A stretch of 64,000 nucleotides of DNA from the human T2T-CHM13v2.0 reference genome, Homo sapiens. The DNA is taken from the NCBI RefSeq assembly GCF_009914755.1, contig NC_060925.1; one strand, written 5' to 3'. The notes below the pieces were generated by a model. That model ran no database searches. It saw only the letters and a list, made by a program, of their open reading frames with translations, and was not told the origin of the DNA. The position numbers were made by a program, and so were the translations under genes. Each line of letters starts with the position of its first letter. The first letter of the stretch is position 1. This document shows positions 13,620-27,141 of this stretch, in pieces.

Positions 13620-14392
13620 CAGTTGTCTGCACAGCAAATTCCCAGATGGAGTTGACCCAGGCCATGCTCTGCCTTCTCGTTTCAGCTCTCATACTGTAAA
13701 CAAGTGTCTTTTTCATGGTCTTAACAGTGACACTTTTTTTTGTATTTTTATGCTTTTTGTTCGTTATTTCCCTGTTTAATAGCTCTTACATGTAACGTTG
13801 AGTTTCTGCTACTGTTACTAAGTGCAAGAAGGCTGTGATATACCTTACAGAGAAATATATGTGTTAGATGAGCTTTCTTCAATCATGAGTTATAGGGCTG
13901 CTGTCTGTGAGTTCAATGTTCATCCAGATAATCACCAATCTGTATATGGGCCTGCTCTAGAAAGTGCTAAACTAACATTTATTGTGCATAATGAGGCTAT
14001 AGAAAAGATGGGAAGGTAGCTAAATTTGTGAATTCATGAGGTGATAACTGATTTTAAAACAACAAAAAAAGCACAGTAGGCAGTACTGTTACGAGGCTGA
14101 AAGCCAAAAAAGTTTACATTACTGTTTACAGCCATGTTGGCCAGAATCAAGAAGTGTGAAAACTTTCTTAGCTAGCGTTTTATTATAATGAAATACTGTA
14201 CATATTTAATTATGTAATATAAATATACATTTTAAAAGGTGTCTTTAAACAGACATATACATAAAACAAGGTTATGTATTGAACACTTGACAAAAAATGT
14301 GACCAAAGGTTTAGAAGTAGTAGTTTAGTATTCACTAATGCAGAGTTGATGGCAACTTTATAGAACATAAATAGCGCAAATAATGAGAACTG

Positions 14393-14396
<4 letters not shown>
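13620..14396 (+). mobile_element. TcMar-Tigger element (MER82/Tigger17-like) with transposase N-terminal remnant
   Basis: MER82-like sequence; ORF 13822-14019 (VLDELSSIMSYRAAVCEFNV) resembles Tigger/CENP-B HTH. Confidence 0.75.

Positions 14397-14440
<44 letters not shown>
14397..14440. repeat. (TG)22 microsatellite
   Basis: Direct reading. Confidence 0.98.
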
Positions 14441-15250
<810 letters not shown>

Positions 15251-15255
15251 TGTAA

Positions 15256-15566
15256 CAGTGGTCCCTAACCCCCATGCCTCAGACTAGTACCAGTCTGTGA
15301 CCTGTTAGGCCCACAGCAGGAGTTGAACAAGCATTACCACCTGAGCTCCACCTCCTGCAGCGACATTAGTTTCTCACAGGATCGCAAACTCTATTGTGAA
15401 CTGTGCATGTAAGGGATCTATGTGGTGTGCTCCTTATGAGAATCTAACTAACGTCTGATGATCTGAAGTAGAACAGTTTCATGCCAAAACTGTGCCCCCA
15501 CTGGTCTGTGGGAAAACTGTCTTCCAAGGAACCAGTCACTGGTGCCAAAAAGGTTGGGGACCACTG
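15256..15566. mobile_element. MER1B (hAT-Charlie)
   Basis: cagtggtccc...ggggaccactg termini; 8-bp TSD ttctgtaa/ttctatag. Confidence 0.9.
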
Positions 15567-15663
15567 TTCTATAGGATATCTCAAATCTTCTTGTAGAAGA
15601 AGCAAAAGAGCGTTTGAAATGGCAAGTTATCTCTTTTATTCATTTTAATGTAAAAAGATGTAC

Positions 15664-15800
15664 CTCATAGAACTTATGAGAGCTATTAATAAGCTTCAGT
15701 AACTTGTCTTCTGTTTGTCCAATATAAGGTATTAGTAACACAAAGGTTGAAGCACAGACATAAAAATGCATCATACTAACATGAAGTTAGGTTAAATTAC
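15664..15800 (-). pseudogene. Exon (NLT*LHVSMMHFYVCASTFVLLIPYIGQTEDKLLKLINSSHKFYE)
   Basis: Acceptor catatttcag|, donor GAG|GTACAT, one stop in 45 codons. Confidence 0.6.
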
Positions 15801-16101
15801 CTGAAATATGTTCAAAAGTATTCACGTGTGAGTAATGACAGTTTATTAGCAAAACAGGGTAACGTAAAATGAATGATATTAATAATCTAACAAATTTTTT
15901 GAAAATGAGGCCATTATCTTTACAGTTTCAAGTACTTTAAAAGCTGCTTAAATTTCTTTCATGGGGAACAATATTAATAGGAAACCATTATTCTGCTTGT
16001 GAATCAGCATGTGCTCTTGAAAGTTGCATATATTTCTAGCATATGAAGGATATATGCTTAATTACTCAGAAACTTTCATTTCAATAAAAATATGAAGTTA
16101 C

Positions 16102-16343
16102 CATTTGAAAAGTTCCAATTTGTTTAAATAATTTAATGTGAAGCAAACTTGCTGGTGCACAAGAAGGAACATAATTCCTATGAACGGAGGTACACCCCTT
16201 TCACACACAGTGACAGAGCAAGAATTGAACATAGGTCTGGTCTTGTATCATGGCTCCTGCTAATGTACCAAATTTCTTCTGCCATTTTCCTTAATCCTAA
16301 ATTGTCAACTTTCTAGCCTCAAATTGCTTTCAGTTAACTATCT
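16102..16343 (-). pseudogene. Candidate exon (KVDNLGLRKMAEEIWYISRS / SVTVCER), frameshifted
   Basis: Acceptor cttattag|, donor ATG|GTAACT; long open stretches in shifting frames. Confidence 0.45.
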
Positions 16344-16817
16344 CTAATAAGCATTTTTGATAAAACAGAATAATGGTCAGTAATGGAATGACAGCTATGT
16401 CACCAATCTAACAATCTCCACAATCAGTGCTATAGAACAATGACCCATGTCTATTACACAAGCTTCCAGATCACAAATTAAAACCTTACGTTTTTTCTGT
16501 CAAAACATCCGGTTTCATTTTCCATTTTCTAATTTGTTTACTTCACTCATGCTGTGATCATTGGCAATCCACAGAAAGATGAATCATTTTGATTTTATAT
16601 GAGCATTCTCAAGAAAGTTAGAATCAGATGTAGAATTATTGTGAACAAATACTTTACTCTCAATATTACAAACCTGGGTAGCCCCAACTATTTACACAGA
16701 TTGAGAAATGGTCTTTTGATACACTAGTTTTATTATTCTATGTTTTCCTCTGAAAAACAGAAAATTCTATGTTGCCATTTCCATTGAAAAAATAAATTAT
16801 GTGATTCCTTTCCTCAC

Positions 16818-16920
16818 TTCTCTTAGAATTGTTCGAGCTAGAATCAAGTAGAAATGGCATGAACTAACTTCTTATTTTCCGATGATATCTAAGCCAAAGA
16901 AGGTGTTATTGACTAAACGG
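16818..16920 (-). pseudogene. Exon (LVNNTFFGLDIIGK*EVSSCHFYLILARTILRE)
   Basis: Acceptor ttatttcatttcttaatag|, donor GAA|GTGAGG, one stop. Confidence 0.6.
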
Positions 16921-17104
16921 CTATTAAGAAATGAAATAAATCTTTACTCATGGGTTCGTACCCATTTACTTTAGCATGGTCCATTTTAAAAAGAAGCCTT
17001 TTAGTTTTAAGTGTTGATCGTAAAAAAACAGAATCATTAATGGAGTAGAGATTTCCTTCTTGCTGGCTTATGACTGTGAGTAATAAAAATTGGTTAACAC
17101 TTCC

Positions 17105-17198
17105 CTCGCTCGTTAGGTAGAATTATTCCCTTGATTGGTGACATCAATGTATTTGTAACAACCCCATCTGCAATGCTGGCAGCCTAGCCTAAAATGTA
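17105..17198 (-). pseudogene. Exon (YILG*AASIADGVVTNTLMSPIKGIILPNER)
   Basis: Acceptor ttctgtttcttttatcag|, phase 0 matches previous exon; donor GAG|GGAAGT looks like mutated GTAAGT. Confidence 0.55.
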
Positions 17199-17767
17199 CT
17201 GATAAAAGAAACAGAAGCAGGCATTTTGAGAGAAAGCTATTCTAATCATTCAAGGGTAAAGTCAGACATGATACGATTGTGCATTAGATTGCCCCATGCC
17301 TTTCATGCTTATGATTATGCTATACATATTTAACTCCTGAATATGAATCTTAAAATAAATAATGTGACTGAATAACTTTTTAGAAAAAATGTTGATTGTA
17401 ACATATTCAAAATATCTTCAATTTAAATAGCAATGATAGAGAAAAGATTTTATATCAAATGAGAGCAATGTAACGGCTTAAAGTCAGTGTATAATATGTG
17501 TACTCAACTTTGCAAAGTAACTTAAAAATAAATGCGAAACTGAATATTACTAATGCTTAAGAGAGTTTTCCGAAATGTGTGTCTCTTGTTGATCATTAAA
17601 AGAAATATATTTAAACCATGTAATGTAAGTTCATTGAAACTACAGATTATGAAAAGTACTCTATTTTGGATGAATAAATAAGAGCAAATAATTATAGCCT
17701 TATCCATGTCAGCAAAAACATCCAAACATTGTTTTCATCATTTCGACCCCTTGATGTTACAGCTTAC

Positions 17768-18468
17768 CCTACAGTACCTTTTTCTTGAATCAGATATTGA
17801 CGGTTGAAGTCGTGGAAAAGGTACAAATGTGGATCCGCAAGGAACTAGCTGTGGAGACATTATGATCTTCTGCTCAGATACTTGTTCAAGAGAAAGAAAT
17901 TTATTTACAGCCACAAACTCCTTTCATCCAGTAGCATGATCAAAGAAATGGAGGCTTGTGTTTTTATCATTATTTTTTAAGGATTTTATAGGATGTAAAC
18001 ATTTCAGCTTCAGCAGCTGATTCTAATTTCTTTAATGGTATCTTTGATTCAGCATTGCTTGGCAGACTATTAAGGAAATGTTGATGATGCAGGAAGACCA
18101 GTGTACTGGTTAACATGATTATTTTACAGAACACTGTGCATTCATTAATAGCAAATAAATTGTCATAATATTCCTCTCGGCTTCTTTCTAAAAATCTTTT
18201 ACATTTATTTGGTCTCAAGATGTTTGGTGCTCAAAATATAGAACATACCACTTGTTTCAGAAAATATAACCTATGATCTTTACTCTGGTAAACAAAATCA
18301 GATGTTAATTTTAACATCCATTTCCCATGAAATGGTGATCATGTCTACCAAACACACAGGCCTGATGACTCAGAAAAATATGCAGCAATCATATTTCATA
18401 CTAGCAAGGGGTATGAAATGTCAAATTTCAAGAAGACACTATTTTTTGACACACATCATACAAAATGA
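17768..18468 (-). pseudogene. Large exon (PFHGKWMLKLTSDFVYQSKDHRLYFLKQV...SRKRYCR)
   Basis: 18338-17970 is 123 codons with one internal stop; after a frameshift ~57+ codons with one stop end at donor AGG|GTAAGC (phase 0). Confidence 0.75.
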
Positions 18469-19442
18469 CTGATACATTTAGAAACACAATAAATATAAAG
18501 TTTATTGTGGCCATAACAGGAATGGCAGAATGCACAAAGAAAATATATATATGTATAAATTCATTAAAATGTAGCAATATAGAAAATGTACAAATCCCAT
18601 TAAAAGGCAAACAAAATGTTAGGAGGAGATTTAAAATTTAGATGATGACAATTTTGCAAAGTAGAATATAAATATTTTTTGAAGTCTTAATCATGAGAGA
18701 CCTGTTTTGATTGAAAAATCAAAGCAATAAAAGACAATTAGTTAAATATTTTAACTAACTGTTCAGTAAAAGACATTTAGTTAAATATTTTTGGTATATC
18801 AACAGTATGAAATAGTATTGTAATCACAAATAATGATAGATGGCTATTCATAAAGTACTATTAAGTGGAAAACCGATATATAAACAAACAAAAAATAGGT
18901 TACCAAAAACCATTGTGATTTGATCCTGTTTAGGTAAAGCATATACATGTAAATATAGAAAAAATGGTAAATATTATACACTAAGTTATTAGCATTGCTG
19001 AAATTATGTTGTGTTTTTTGAAGTTTCTAGTAATTGTCACTAATCAGTATTTTCCATTTTCTTATACTGATCACATACTGCATATGTAATATAAATACAG
19101 TGCTAACAAAATAAGAAACATCGTTTACACTTAATAACATCTCTATCACAAGATTTAACCATGATTTTACTTCCTAAAATGTTTATCCCTTCAAAACCAC
19201 TTTTTGAATGCTATATATGAAGATTCAAATAGCTGCTCTCTGATGACATTAGCTCATTTAACAATAGGCCATAGTGGGAATCACATCATATCATTTTCCT
19301 AACTACTATTTAATTATTACTTTGGCCCCTGACAACTTCCCAGAATTATTTGTTAGTTTCCGATAAAACTTAGAAGGATGAATCAGAAGCCAAAGATTTA
19401 CTGTAAATAGTAATTTTACACAACATAAGTTCTTGAACTTAT

Positions 19443-19690
19443 CACTGCCCGGAGATGAACAACCATGTCCTCTAATATTCTCATAACTTTTATTCTGCTG
19501 AGAAGTCTATGGGGAGTTGCTTTTCCCATTTCTTCAAGTGTAGGCTTTGCCATCTACAGCTTTGGAGACATTTTCTTCAACTCAACTGAGCTAGACCCAT
19601 CCATGTCTTCTGGCCTCATCAGTGAAAATACATTCTTGCCATTCTCATAGCAGAATCCCCTCACAGACTTCCAAAAGGACAAGTTACCAC
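19443..19690 (-). pseudogene. Exon (GNLSFWKSVRGFCYENGKNVF...RILEDMVVHLRAV)
   Basis: Acceptor tactcag|, 82 codons with one TAG, donor GTG|ATAAGT (GT>AT). Confidence 0.75.
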
Positions 19691-19714
19691 CTGAGTATTA
19701 TAACATCAAGAAAA

Positions 19715-19925
19715 GTGGCATGGAATAAAAGAAGACGAACTTTGTAGCCACACTGACTTACATTTAAATCCAGCTATGGGCTGGCTTGCAAGAGGACTTA
19801 GAATGCACCACGTTAACTGTTCTGCGACTCTATTTCCTCGAGGTAAAATGGAGGTAACGGCTCCTACTTTCTATTATTAATGAGAATAAAATAAGAATGT
19901 ATAGGAAATACTTAATATAGAACTC
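19715..19925 (+). mobile_element. MIR fragment
   Basis: ctctatttcctcgaggtaaaatggaggtaa...aatgagaataaaataaga core-like sequence. Confidence 0.6.
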
Positions 19926-20024
19926 ACGGGTCAAAGCTTCTCCATATTTTGGTCTCACATCTTTATGGTATTCTTTTGATAACCATTATTATCATACAAA
20001 CACAAATAATTTTAAACAAATCAC

Positions 20025-20353
20025 CCCAAAACAGACTTTCAGTAAGGATACACGATATTATTGCTGAGAAATGTAGATTTGTGATAAGTTTGCTGAAATA
20101 AGAGCTCAGTGATTATTTCAGCAGAATCTCTAGTCAGTCTGTGCTAGAGTCTCTCCATGAAGTAATTAGAGATGTATTTATTTCAGCAATTTAATGTAAT
20201 TACACTAAAATGTCTGCTGGTAAAAGTGAAGAACTGACGACTGAAGCAGCATTTCCTAGCATGTGGAAGTTACAGAAAGTGGTAATTCTGAGTATCTCGG
20301 TATTCTAAATAGGTTTATCTGTGAGTCAGCTCTCTTACTCCCATTATCTATAG
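20025..20353 (-). pseudogene. Candidate exon (IDNGSKRADSQINLFRIPRYSELPL...), frameshifted
   Basis: Acceptor tgtgttttggtag|, donor GGG|GTGATT; several stops, frame ambiguous. Confidence 0.45.
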
Positions 20354-20541
20354 CTACCAAAACACACAAATTTGTAGTTTAGTTTCCTTTGCTCAATAGT
20401 ATAGTAAAGTGTTGGGTTTTTTTTTAGCAACAAAGTCTTTATTTTATCAGTCTTTTTCCATCTTAGGAAAGAGATGCCTTATCACATGTTCATATTTATT
20501 TATTTCACAAAGAATAAAATAAGGATCAACAGAAATAATAC

Positions 20542-20655
20542 TCTGATTTAAAACATAAGTCCATGAGACATCTTTTCAAAGCATCAGTTTGGCATAACAG
20601 TACATGCTGCCAGGAACAATTCATTCTGATTCTGAATAGTTCGTAAACACCAGCA
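20542..20655 (-). pseudogene. Exon (AGVYELFRIRMNCSWQHVLLCQTDALKRCLMDLCFKS)
   Basis: Strong acceptor tttttccctgttttttgcttggctag|, phase-2 start matches upstream exon, fully open; donor uncertain. Confidence 0.7.
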
Positions 20656-21228
20656 CTAGCCAAGCAAAAAACAGGGAAAAAGTACGTGATATTTACAATT
20701 TCCATGTAATTTATTTGGACCTGATTTTGAGTTTCCAGAACTAACATCAATAGAAGCATTCAACAGCTAAGTTCATTTTTAACCTAATATCCTGGAACTC
20801 TAACATTTCCAAGCTCCCACTTGGGACATGAGTCTTATTAACAGGAAAGGGAAAAAAATATCTATATAAACAAGAGAAAAGTTACATATAATCCTTGAGA
20901 TTATGTGTTTCTTACTCCAGCCTTGAATTTTCACACCTAGTTTAATTCTATGTATATTATATTTATTAAATAAAATAAAATGAAAATAAAAGAGAATAGA
21001 AAAATTGTGACTTTACTGCAATCTCCAGTAATGTATCACCAGGAATGAACTCTAGCGTGTTTAATGATTCTCTGTTGCTGAGCCAAAATAAGTGACTTCT
21101 GCTCTCTATGTGATCTTTTCCACATGTGAAAGGATGCCTAATTGATAATGTTCTACTTTATTAATATACTTTGATTAATAATCAAGCTCATAATCTCTTT
21201 TTATAAACCAAGGCCTAAACCATACAAC

Positions 21229-21344
21229 CTATAATGTAAGGCACTGCAATGAAACAAAGGAGCTCGGGCTGCTAACTTCTCCATATCATCTTGGGAATAT
21301 AATTTCCACTCATGTAAATCTGGAGCATTCAAAATGTACCCCTT
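21229..21344 (-). pseudogene. Exon (KGYILNAPDLHEWKLYSQDDMEKLAARAPLFHCSALHY)
   Basis: Acceptor ctgcttttctttag|, donor TAG|GTTGTA, fully open, phase 0 to 2. Confidence 0.75.
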
Positions 21345-21872
21345 CTAAAGAAAAGCAGCAGCAATTCAAAACCAAAGAAAATTCTCAAATAATCAGCACA
21401 TGCAGAGATCTCTATCTGGCCAAATCTAATTTTACTCATTTTGTGGGCAACCAAGGATAATATAAACGATGTATGAAATAAAATGTGCATTTTTACTTTA
21501 GTGATCAAGGTGATTATTAAGAATATCATAATTCAACATAGGTATTACTTGCACCTACTAATATCTTTTAAAGCACAGGCTTCCTAGTGATTCTGACAGA
21601 ATGACTAAGAGAAAGCTATTGATGTAGTGAAGCTCTCTTCCAATATGCAATAATTATTGGCCTTCTTAGGACTGCATATGTAAGAAGAAAATTATCCCTT
21701 ACAAAAGGGGTAATTACAATTACAAAAGGAGATCCTTTTTCTTATTTCTCTGTGGAGAGGTCTATATGTCTCATAATGATGAGGATCATTTAAAAAGACA
21801 AATCTGATGATTCCAGAGAAGCAACTATAAATATGAACTAGTCGTACTGGCATTAACTGGCAGCACTCTTAC

Positions 21873-21990
21873 AAACCAAAATGCATTTGGAAACTTCAAG
21901 TTCCTCAATCTTCTGGAGTCCTTAGTCTCCCAAGAGATATGAACTAGCTTTCTGTCATGTTAGATTTGAGGAAATTTGACTAGCTTTCTC
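21873..21990 (-). pseudogene. Exon (RKLVKFPQI*HDRKLVHISWETKDSRRLRNLKFPNAFWF)
   Basis: Acceptor atttctaacctag|, donor TTT|GTAAGA, phase 2 to 0, one stop. Confidence 0.7.
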
Positions 21991-22418
21991 CTAGGTTAGA
22001 AATCGAGGGATTCTTTACATAATCCATGTGGAAAAATAATCCTCAGCTTGGGTGCAGAAGTATTTATTTATTCACTCAATAATTCTTATGTCTTCTATTG
22101 TGGTTGGCATCATATATAAAGCTAGGAACAGAAAATAGGTTTTGTTTTCATAGAGCTCTTACCATAGCCAGAAGAAGCAGAAAATAAATTTAAAAATAAT
22201 AAATGTTTACTTACACATTGGAATAAGTGCTCTGAATGGAAAATCCATGACACTAAAGAATGGGTATGTTGAGTGGGTGATAGGTAACTAGGGCCCCTCC
22301 ACTAGTACCATAAAGCCTGGGCTGAGGGGCTTCTCTTCTTGTAGATGGTCAGCTCCAAAGGTAATCTGATTAATTTAAAATTGGCTTTTATTCACAATTT
22401 GAAGATAATGCATGATAC

Positions 22419-22697
22419 CTGTCATCAGGGTCCAGTATTCTTGCATTCAGTGCACAAAAACTTGGAAGGTAATAGATTGGTGGGGAAAAAAAAAAGGAAG
22501 AATCTTTTTTACCTAAGATATATTAATGCACTACCTCGGAAACCACATATTCAAAGACTGTTCCCATATCTCATGGTTATCCATATTTTAATGTTGAATG
22601 CATTTGAAAAATAACTATTTTCAGTATATTTATGCTTTGAGAGAAAATCTTAAATAGCAGTATTGTTCCATGGAGTAAACTGATTTCCTACTAGACT
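22419..22697 (-). pseudogene. Exon (SLVGNQFTPW...ICGFRGSALIY.../YYLPSFCALNARILDPDD)
   Basis: Acceptor ttttccacag|, donor CAG|GTATCA; 3 stops and a +1 slip in a T10 run; phase-2 end matches next exon. Confidence 0.7.
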
Positions 22698-22876
22698 CTG
22701 TGGAAAATTGTTTCTGCATTGAAACTACACAATGGGCCAGGTGCATTACCTTAAACTTGCTCATTTTGAAACCTTACTCCAGGCAATAAATACATACAAG
22801 CCACAAAATTATTATTAACATAGTATTTGCTAGAGTTGGGGAGACTAATTACTTGAGCTGAAACAGAAATGCTTAT

Positions 22877-23219
22877 GTCTTGAAATTATTCTCAGATGAA
22901 GAATAAGAAGAAAACAGGAAGTCCAAGAAAGCTGTCGTGAACTAATTTAGCATTAAGTGGAACAAACGTATTAAAAGAAGGCATTCATCTTTAGACTTTA
23001 AAATCATAAAAGAACAGAAAAAAAGGAAGCCTGCTTCTTAAAAATTTGATTAAAAGGTAAAACCAAGAAATAAAGTAAATTCAAAAACTGTGAAAACAGA
23101 ATTTATATATTTTTGATATACATTAGATAGATCGTAAAATCCACCCAAGAAAAAGCAGGTCACTTTGTGGAACTTCGTGGAAATGACCCAACTTCACTGA
23201 TACCTTTCTGCTGAATCAT
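22877..23219 (-). pseudogene. Exon (DSAERYQ*SWVISTKFHKVTCFFLGGFYDLSNVYQKY...)
   Basis: Very strong acceptor ttctgtttttgtttcctttcattcag|; probable mutated donor ATAAGC; stop-poor frame. Confidence 0.6.
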
Positions 23220-23370
23220 CTGAATGAAAGGAAACAAAAACAGAAGAATTCTCAGCATCCTCAATTCTAGAAGAGAATTCTAATATAATTTTCCTAGTAG
23301 AGACTAGCCACAGCCTGGACTGCATAATAACTACCCTTCAAAATCACCCACTTCCGTTTTCTTTACTTAC

Positions 23371-23843
23371 TTAGCTCCATGTTATCAAGGTATAATTCTG
23401 ATTATAATTTCCCTTTTCATGCATATTATTTAATGTGAACAAAGTCACTACCCTAACATTAAGGTTTGTTTCTCAGTCATACTTTAATTTGCTAAGTATG
23501 GGTCAGTTCCTCTGAAATTACACAACTCTGGATGTTCTCACAAAATCAGAGTCCCAACATTCTAGGAGGAGTGTAAGACTGTACCATGGCCCTCATCAAG
23601 TAAGGCCATCATGATGTATTCACCATGTGGTCAACACCATCTCATTTTGTCTTTGATTTGGCTTTATTGTTAAAATGTCAAAGAATTAAATTTCAATTGT
23701 TCAGCTGTTACACATTGTAAAAGTGTTTGTCATAAGCAATATTCATTTAAAGATAGTATCAGTAACACATTGGAAATTGGAGAGCCAAGATGCCTGGATC
23801 TGCTAATGATAATTCCAATTAATAATGACAATTGAAAATCACT
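23371..23843 (-). pseudogene. Candidate exon (...PHGEYIMMALLDEGHG...SELYLDNMEL)
   Basis: Donor TAA|GTAAGT in phase 1 matching next exon; 5' boundary and frame uncertain, many stops. Confidence 0.45.
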
Positions 23844-24001
23844 CTAACAAATATTTGAGAAAACATAGTAAAATGTATTCTAGTTTAGGCTGTTTAAAAA
23901 GTTTCTCTAAAACATTTTTTAGAATAATGCTTATTTTCTTTGCACATTTTTATAACCTTGGTTTTACCAAGGTTATAAAATGACTATATGAAATGTCAGG
24001 T

Positions 24002-27000
24002 TGTTAGGTGCTAAATGAGGTCTGAGGAGAGTTGGTGGGGTGGTGGGTAGCTAGTAAAACACTTGAGGAATCATAGACAGTTTCATCACAGCTTTTTCTC
24101 TCTGAGCATGAGCCGGCCTGTACACAATCTGTGGGTGCAAGCCACAAGCCATATGTACAGTGTCAGCATGGTAATTACATCTTTTACAGACAATAGTGGC
24201 TTCCAGCCAAGCATGAGCTCACATGGGTGATCATCTAATGTGCCACACATGGCATTGGATACATATCATGCAGAGTTGTGTGCCTGCACTCCAAACCTGC
24301 TGAGTCACACTGTGTCAGAAAGCCGCCTTGGCCTGCTCCTGACTAAAGTGAAACCATCTCCCTTACACTCCACCCCCTAAGCTGAGGGCATCCTCCAGGC
24401 AGGGACACATGCCCACAAGGTGGAACCCTGGATCCAGAGGCCACAGCAGTAATAAAGGGAGCAAAAACTCCAGGTTATGGCAGGCAACCACTCCACATGA
24501 CATTACCACAAGGCTGCTTTATACATTAAGTCAGGTTTCTATTTCCCTATCTTTACAGGCATTGGGCCAGGCAATAACAGGTTACTATTCAGCCCCATAC
24601 CTGGTGGAGAAAGACATCTTTCCTACCATATGTCTTGCCATATGGCCTGGCCCCACATGGGCCGGTGACCAAGTAGTCACTTTTGTAACTTATAGGCAGT
24701 TAACCACAAGGTTAAGCCTCGATAAACTGCCCAGCTAACAGTGCAGATTATCATAGGTGTCACTTTCTTAGTGATCACCATTCATATTGCTTTGAGTTCA
24801 GCCCATTGAGCACACTGTCCACTTCCAGTTTCAAACAATATGGTGTCAGTACTAGGTGGGACTGCAACAGTGGTCCAGACAGCAGTAGCAGCTCAGCTAG
24901 ACCCATGTCTAGGGGTGCCTCAGGCCCCATGGCCTTATCTTGCATTAGGACTACAGGTTCCAAGATCTCTTGCAACTCTGCTGCTAAGGGGCTTATACTC
25001 AGCATACTCCACTGGTCTAAGTTGGTGCCCCACTTTGCTAAAGTGGATGTCTATGCCATTCCAGTCTGGGGGGTTGTTACCCATGAAAGCACCCATCTCG
25101 CCACTGGGTAAGTCATCCATATGACAACTGCAGCCTATCCTGTCACACTCTCACTAACCTGAAGGGCAGCATATGCAGTTACTAGCTGCTTTCCCAGTCC
25201 GAGGGACTGTTATCCATGAATACACCCATCCCACTATTGAGTAATTCATTGCATGATGACTGTAGCCCATCCTGCCACACTCTCATGAGCCTGAAGGGCA
25301 GCATATGCAGTTACTAACTCCTTCTATATCAATGAATTCTATAGCTCAGCTTCTTTCCATAGTTGGGACCAATAGCCTACTGGTATTCCCAGGCGCTCCA
25401 TGCACTGCCGTAGGCCTCAGCCAAAACTACCTGTGGATACATGCACATCCAGTTCAAATGGGCTCCCCTGGTTAATTTTCCATAGGGGTTGTGCCTGCTG
25501 AATAGCCCACTTGGCTGCTAGAAAGGTTGTCTCAGCCTCATCATCTTAATTCTAGGCAAGGGGAGCATTGCCACTTCAAAATCTACAAGAGAATCAGTGG
25601 CTAACATAATATCATTAACAAGACCACAACATACGGTGAGGCTATGCATATAGACCTGTGGCAACACTGTGAAAGTCCATTGTCTCTCTCTCATGAAGGC
25701 AAACTGTTCCTTGCTTTCTGGAAAAGAATGCATTAGTCATGTCCACTACATAGTGGTACTGTCCCAGTTCTCTTAAGCAGTGTATCAAGTCCGTAATAGA
25801 CGGCACAGCTGCCAAGCCATGTAAAATACCCACCCCCAGAATGTATCTGCACTATTATCTACCAGTGCCAGCACTCGTGGTATGTTGGTGGTGGACCAGT
25901 GGATTGTAAACCTCACATGGGACCTCCAGTTGTGGTGTCTCCCCACGCCAGGAACCTTGGCCAGTTCCTTCATCAAACAGAAAAGGCTTTACACCCCTAC
26001 CTGGTTGCAGCACATAGCCTTTGAGCTGAAGTGGCCAGGCAGGACTGGGTCATGCAGCAATGTCCTTCCCCGACTTGGGCATTTTCTAGAATTGCTGCTC
26101 CGGAGACAACTGTCTCCACAAAGTTAAGAGTACTTCATTGGGCTGCTTATTGATTGTCTCTCAGTCCGAAATCAAATGTATCCATATCTGTGAGTGTGTC
26201 ACTCGTTGGGGCATTCTTATCTCTCGTGGGGGCGGGGGAGCCTGCAATTGGAGCACCTTCCCCTTCTTTACGGTGTGAACCCAGGTCTGCATTCACAGCA
26301 GCCTGTAGTTCCTTTTCCAAGTTCTGTAGCTGGGCCTCCAGGTGCCCTGCCTGCACCTGAAGGTCCCCATTCATGGCAGCTTCTAACTCCTTTCCTGAGC
26401 TGTGTAGCCAGGTTTCCAGGTGCCCCACCTGCTCCTGAAGGGCCCTAAACTCTGCTGGATCTCTCAGGGACTGGGTGTGTACTTCTCCTAGTGCAGTTAA
26501 AAACGCCCATCCAACTCTGCCAGCAAAGACTCATTCCTTCTCGGTGTTCTGTGTTTCCAGCTGCTTCACTGCCTCCTCCATGCAAATGGAGGACCCATCT
26601 ACTGCCACCCAGGTTCCCACCGAAGGCCACCGGAGCAATATAGCTGCCACCAGGCACCACTACCCATGTTGTGGCTACATGGTAAACCTGAAATCAGCAT
26701 GGACCAAAGGCTCACCCAGCTGGGGATCCTCTTCATGAAATTAATTGTTAGGTTCTAACTGAGGTCTAAGGGGAGTCGGTGAAGTGGTGGGTAGCTGGAA
26801 AAACATTCGAAGAATCATAGACAGTTTTGACATAGCTTTTACTCTCTCTGTGTGTGAAAGCCAGCCTGGATGCAAGTCGTGGGTGTGAGCCACAAGCTGT
26901 ATGTACAGCATTAGCAGTGTAATTATACTTTTTACAGACAATAGTGGCTATGAATCAAGCATGAGCTCAGGTGGGTGATCACCTAATGCGCCTAACGTGG

Positions 27001-27141
27001 TGTGGTTATATAATGTGCCTCATGTAGCGTGGTTACATAATGTGTGGAGTTGTGTGCCTGCGCTCCAAAACTGCTGAGTCAGGCTGCACTGGAAAGCCAC
27101 TTCAGCCTACTCCTGACTAAAGCATAGCCACCTCCCTTACA
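24002..27141 (-). mobile_element. Internally deleted HERVL18 (HERV-S) provirus with two LTR18A-like LTRs
   Basis: LTRs 24002-24367 and 26746-27141, 5-bp TSD CAGGT, PPT 24368-78, degenerate PBS; RT remnants (YVVDMTNAFFS, WTFTVLPQ) and gag remnant. Confidence 0.9.

Noticed and set aside
16818-19690. Naming the fossil gene as PKHD1L1-, RGS22/RGSL1-, GREB1- or OFCC1-like
   Set aside because: Only short motif resemblances; the other exons do not fit any of these from memory.
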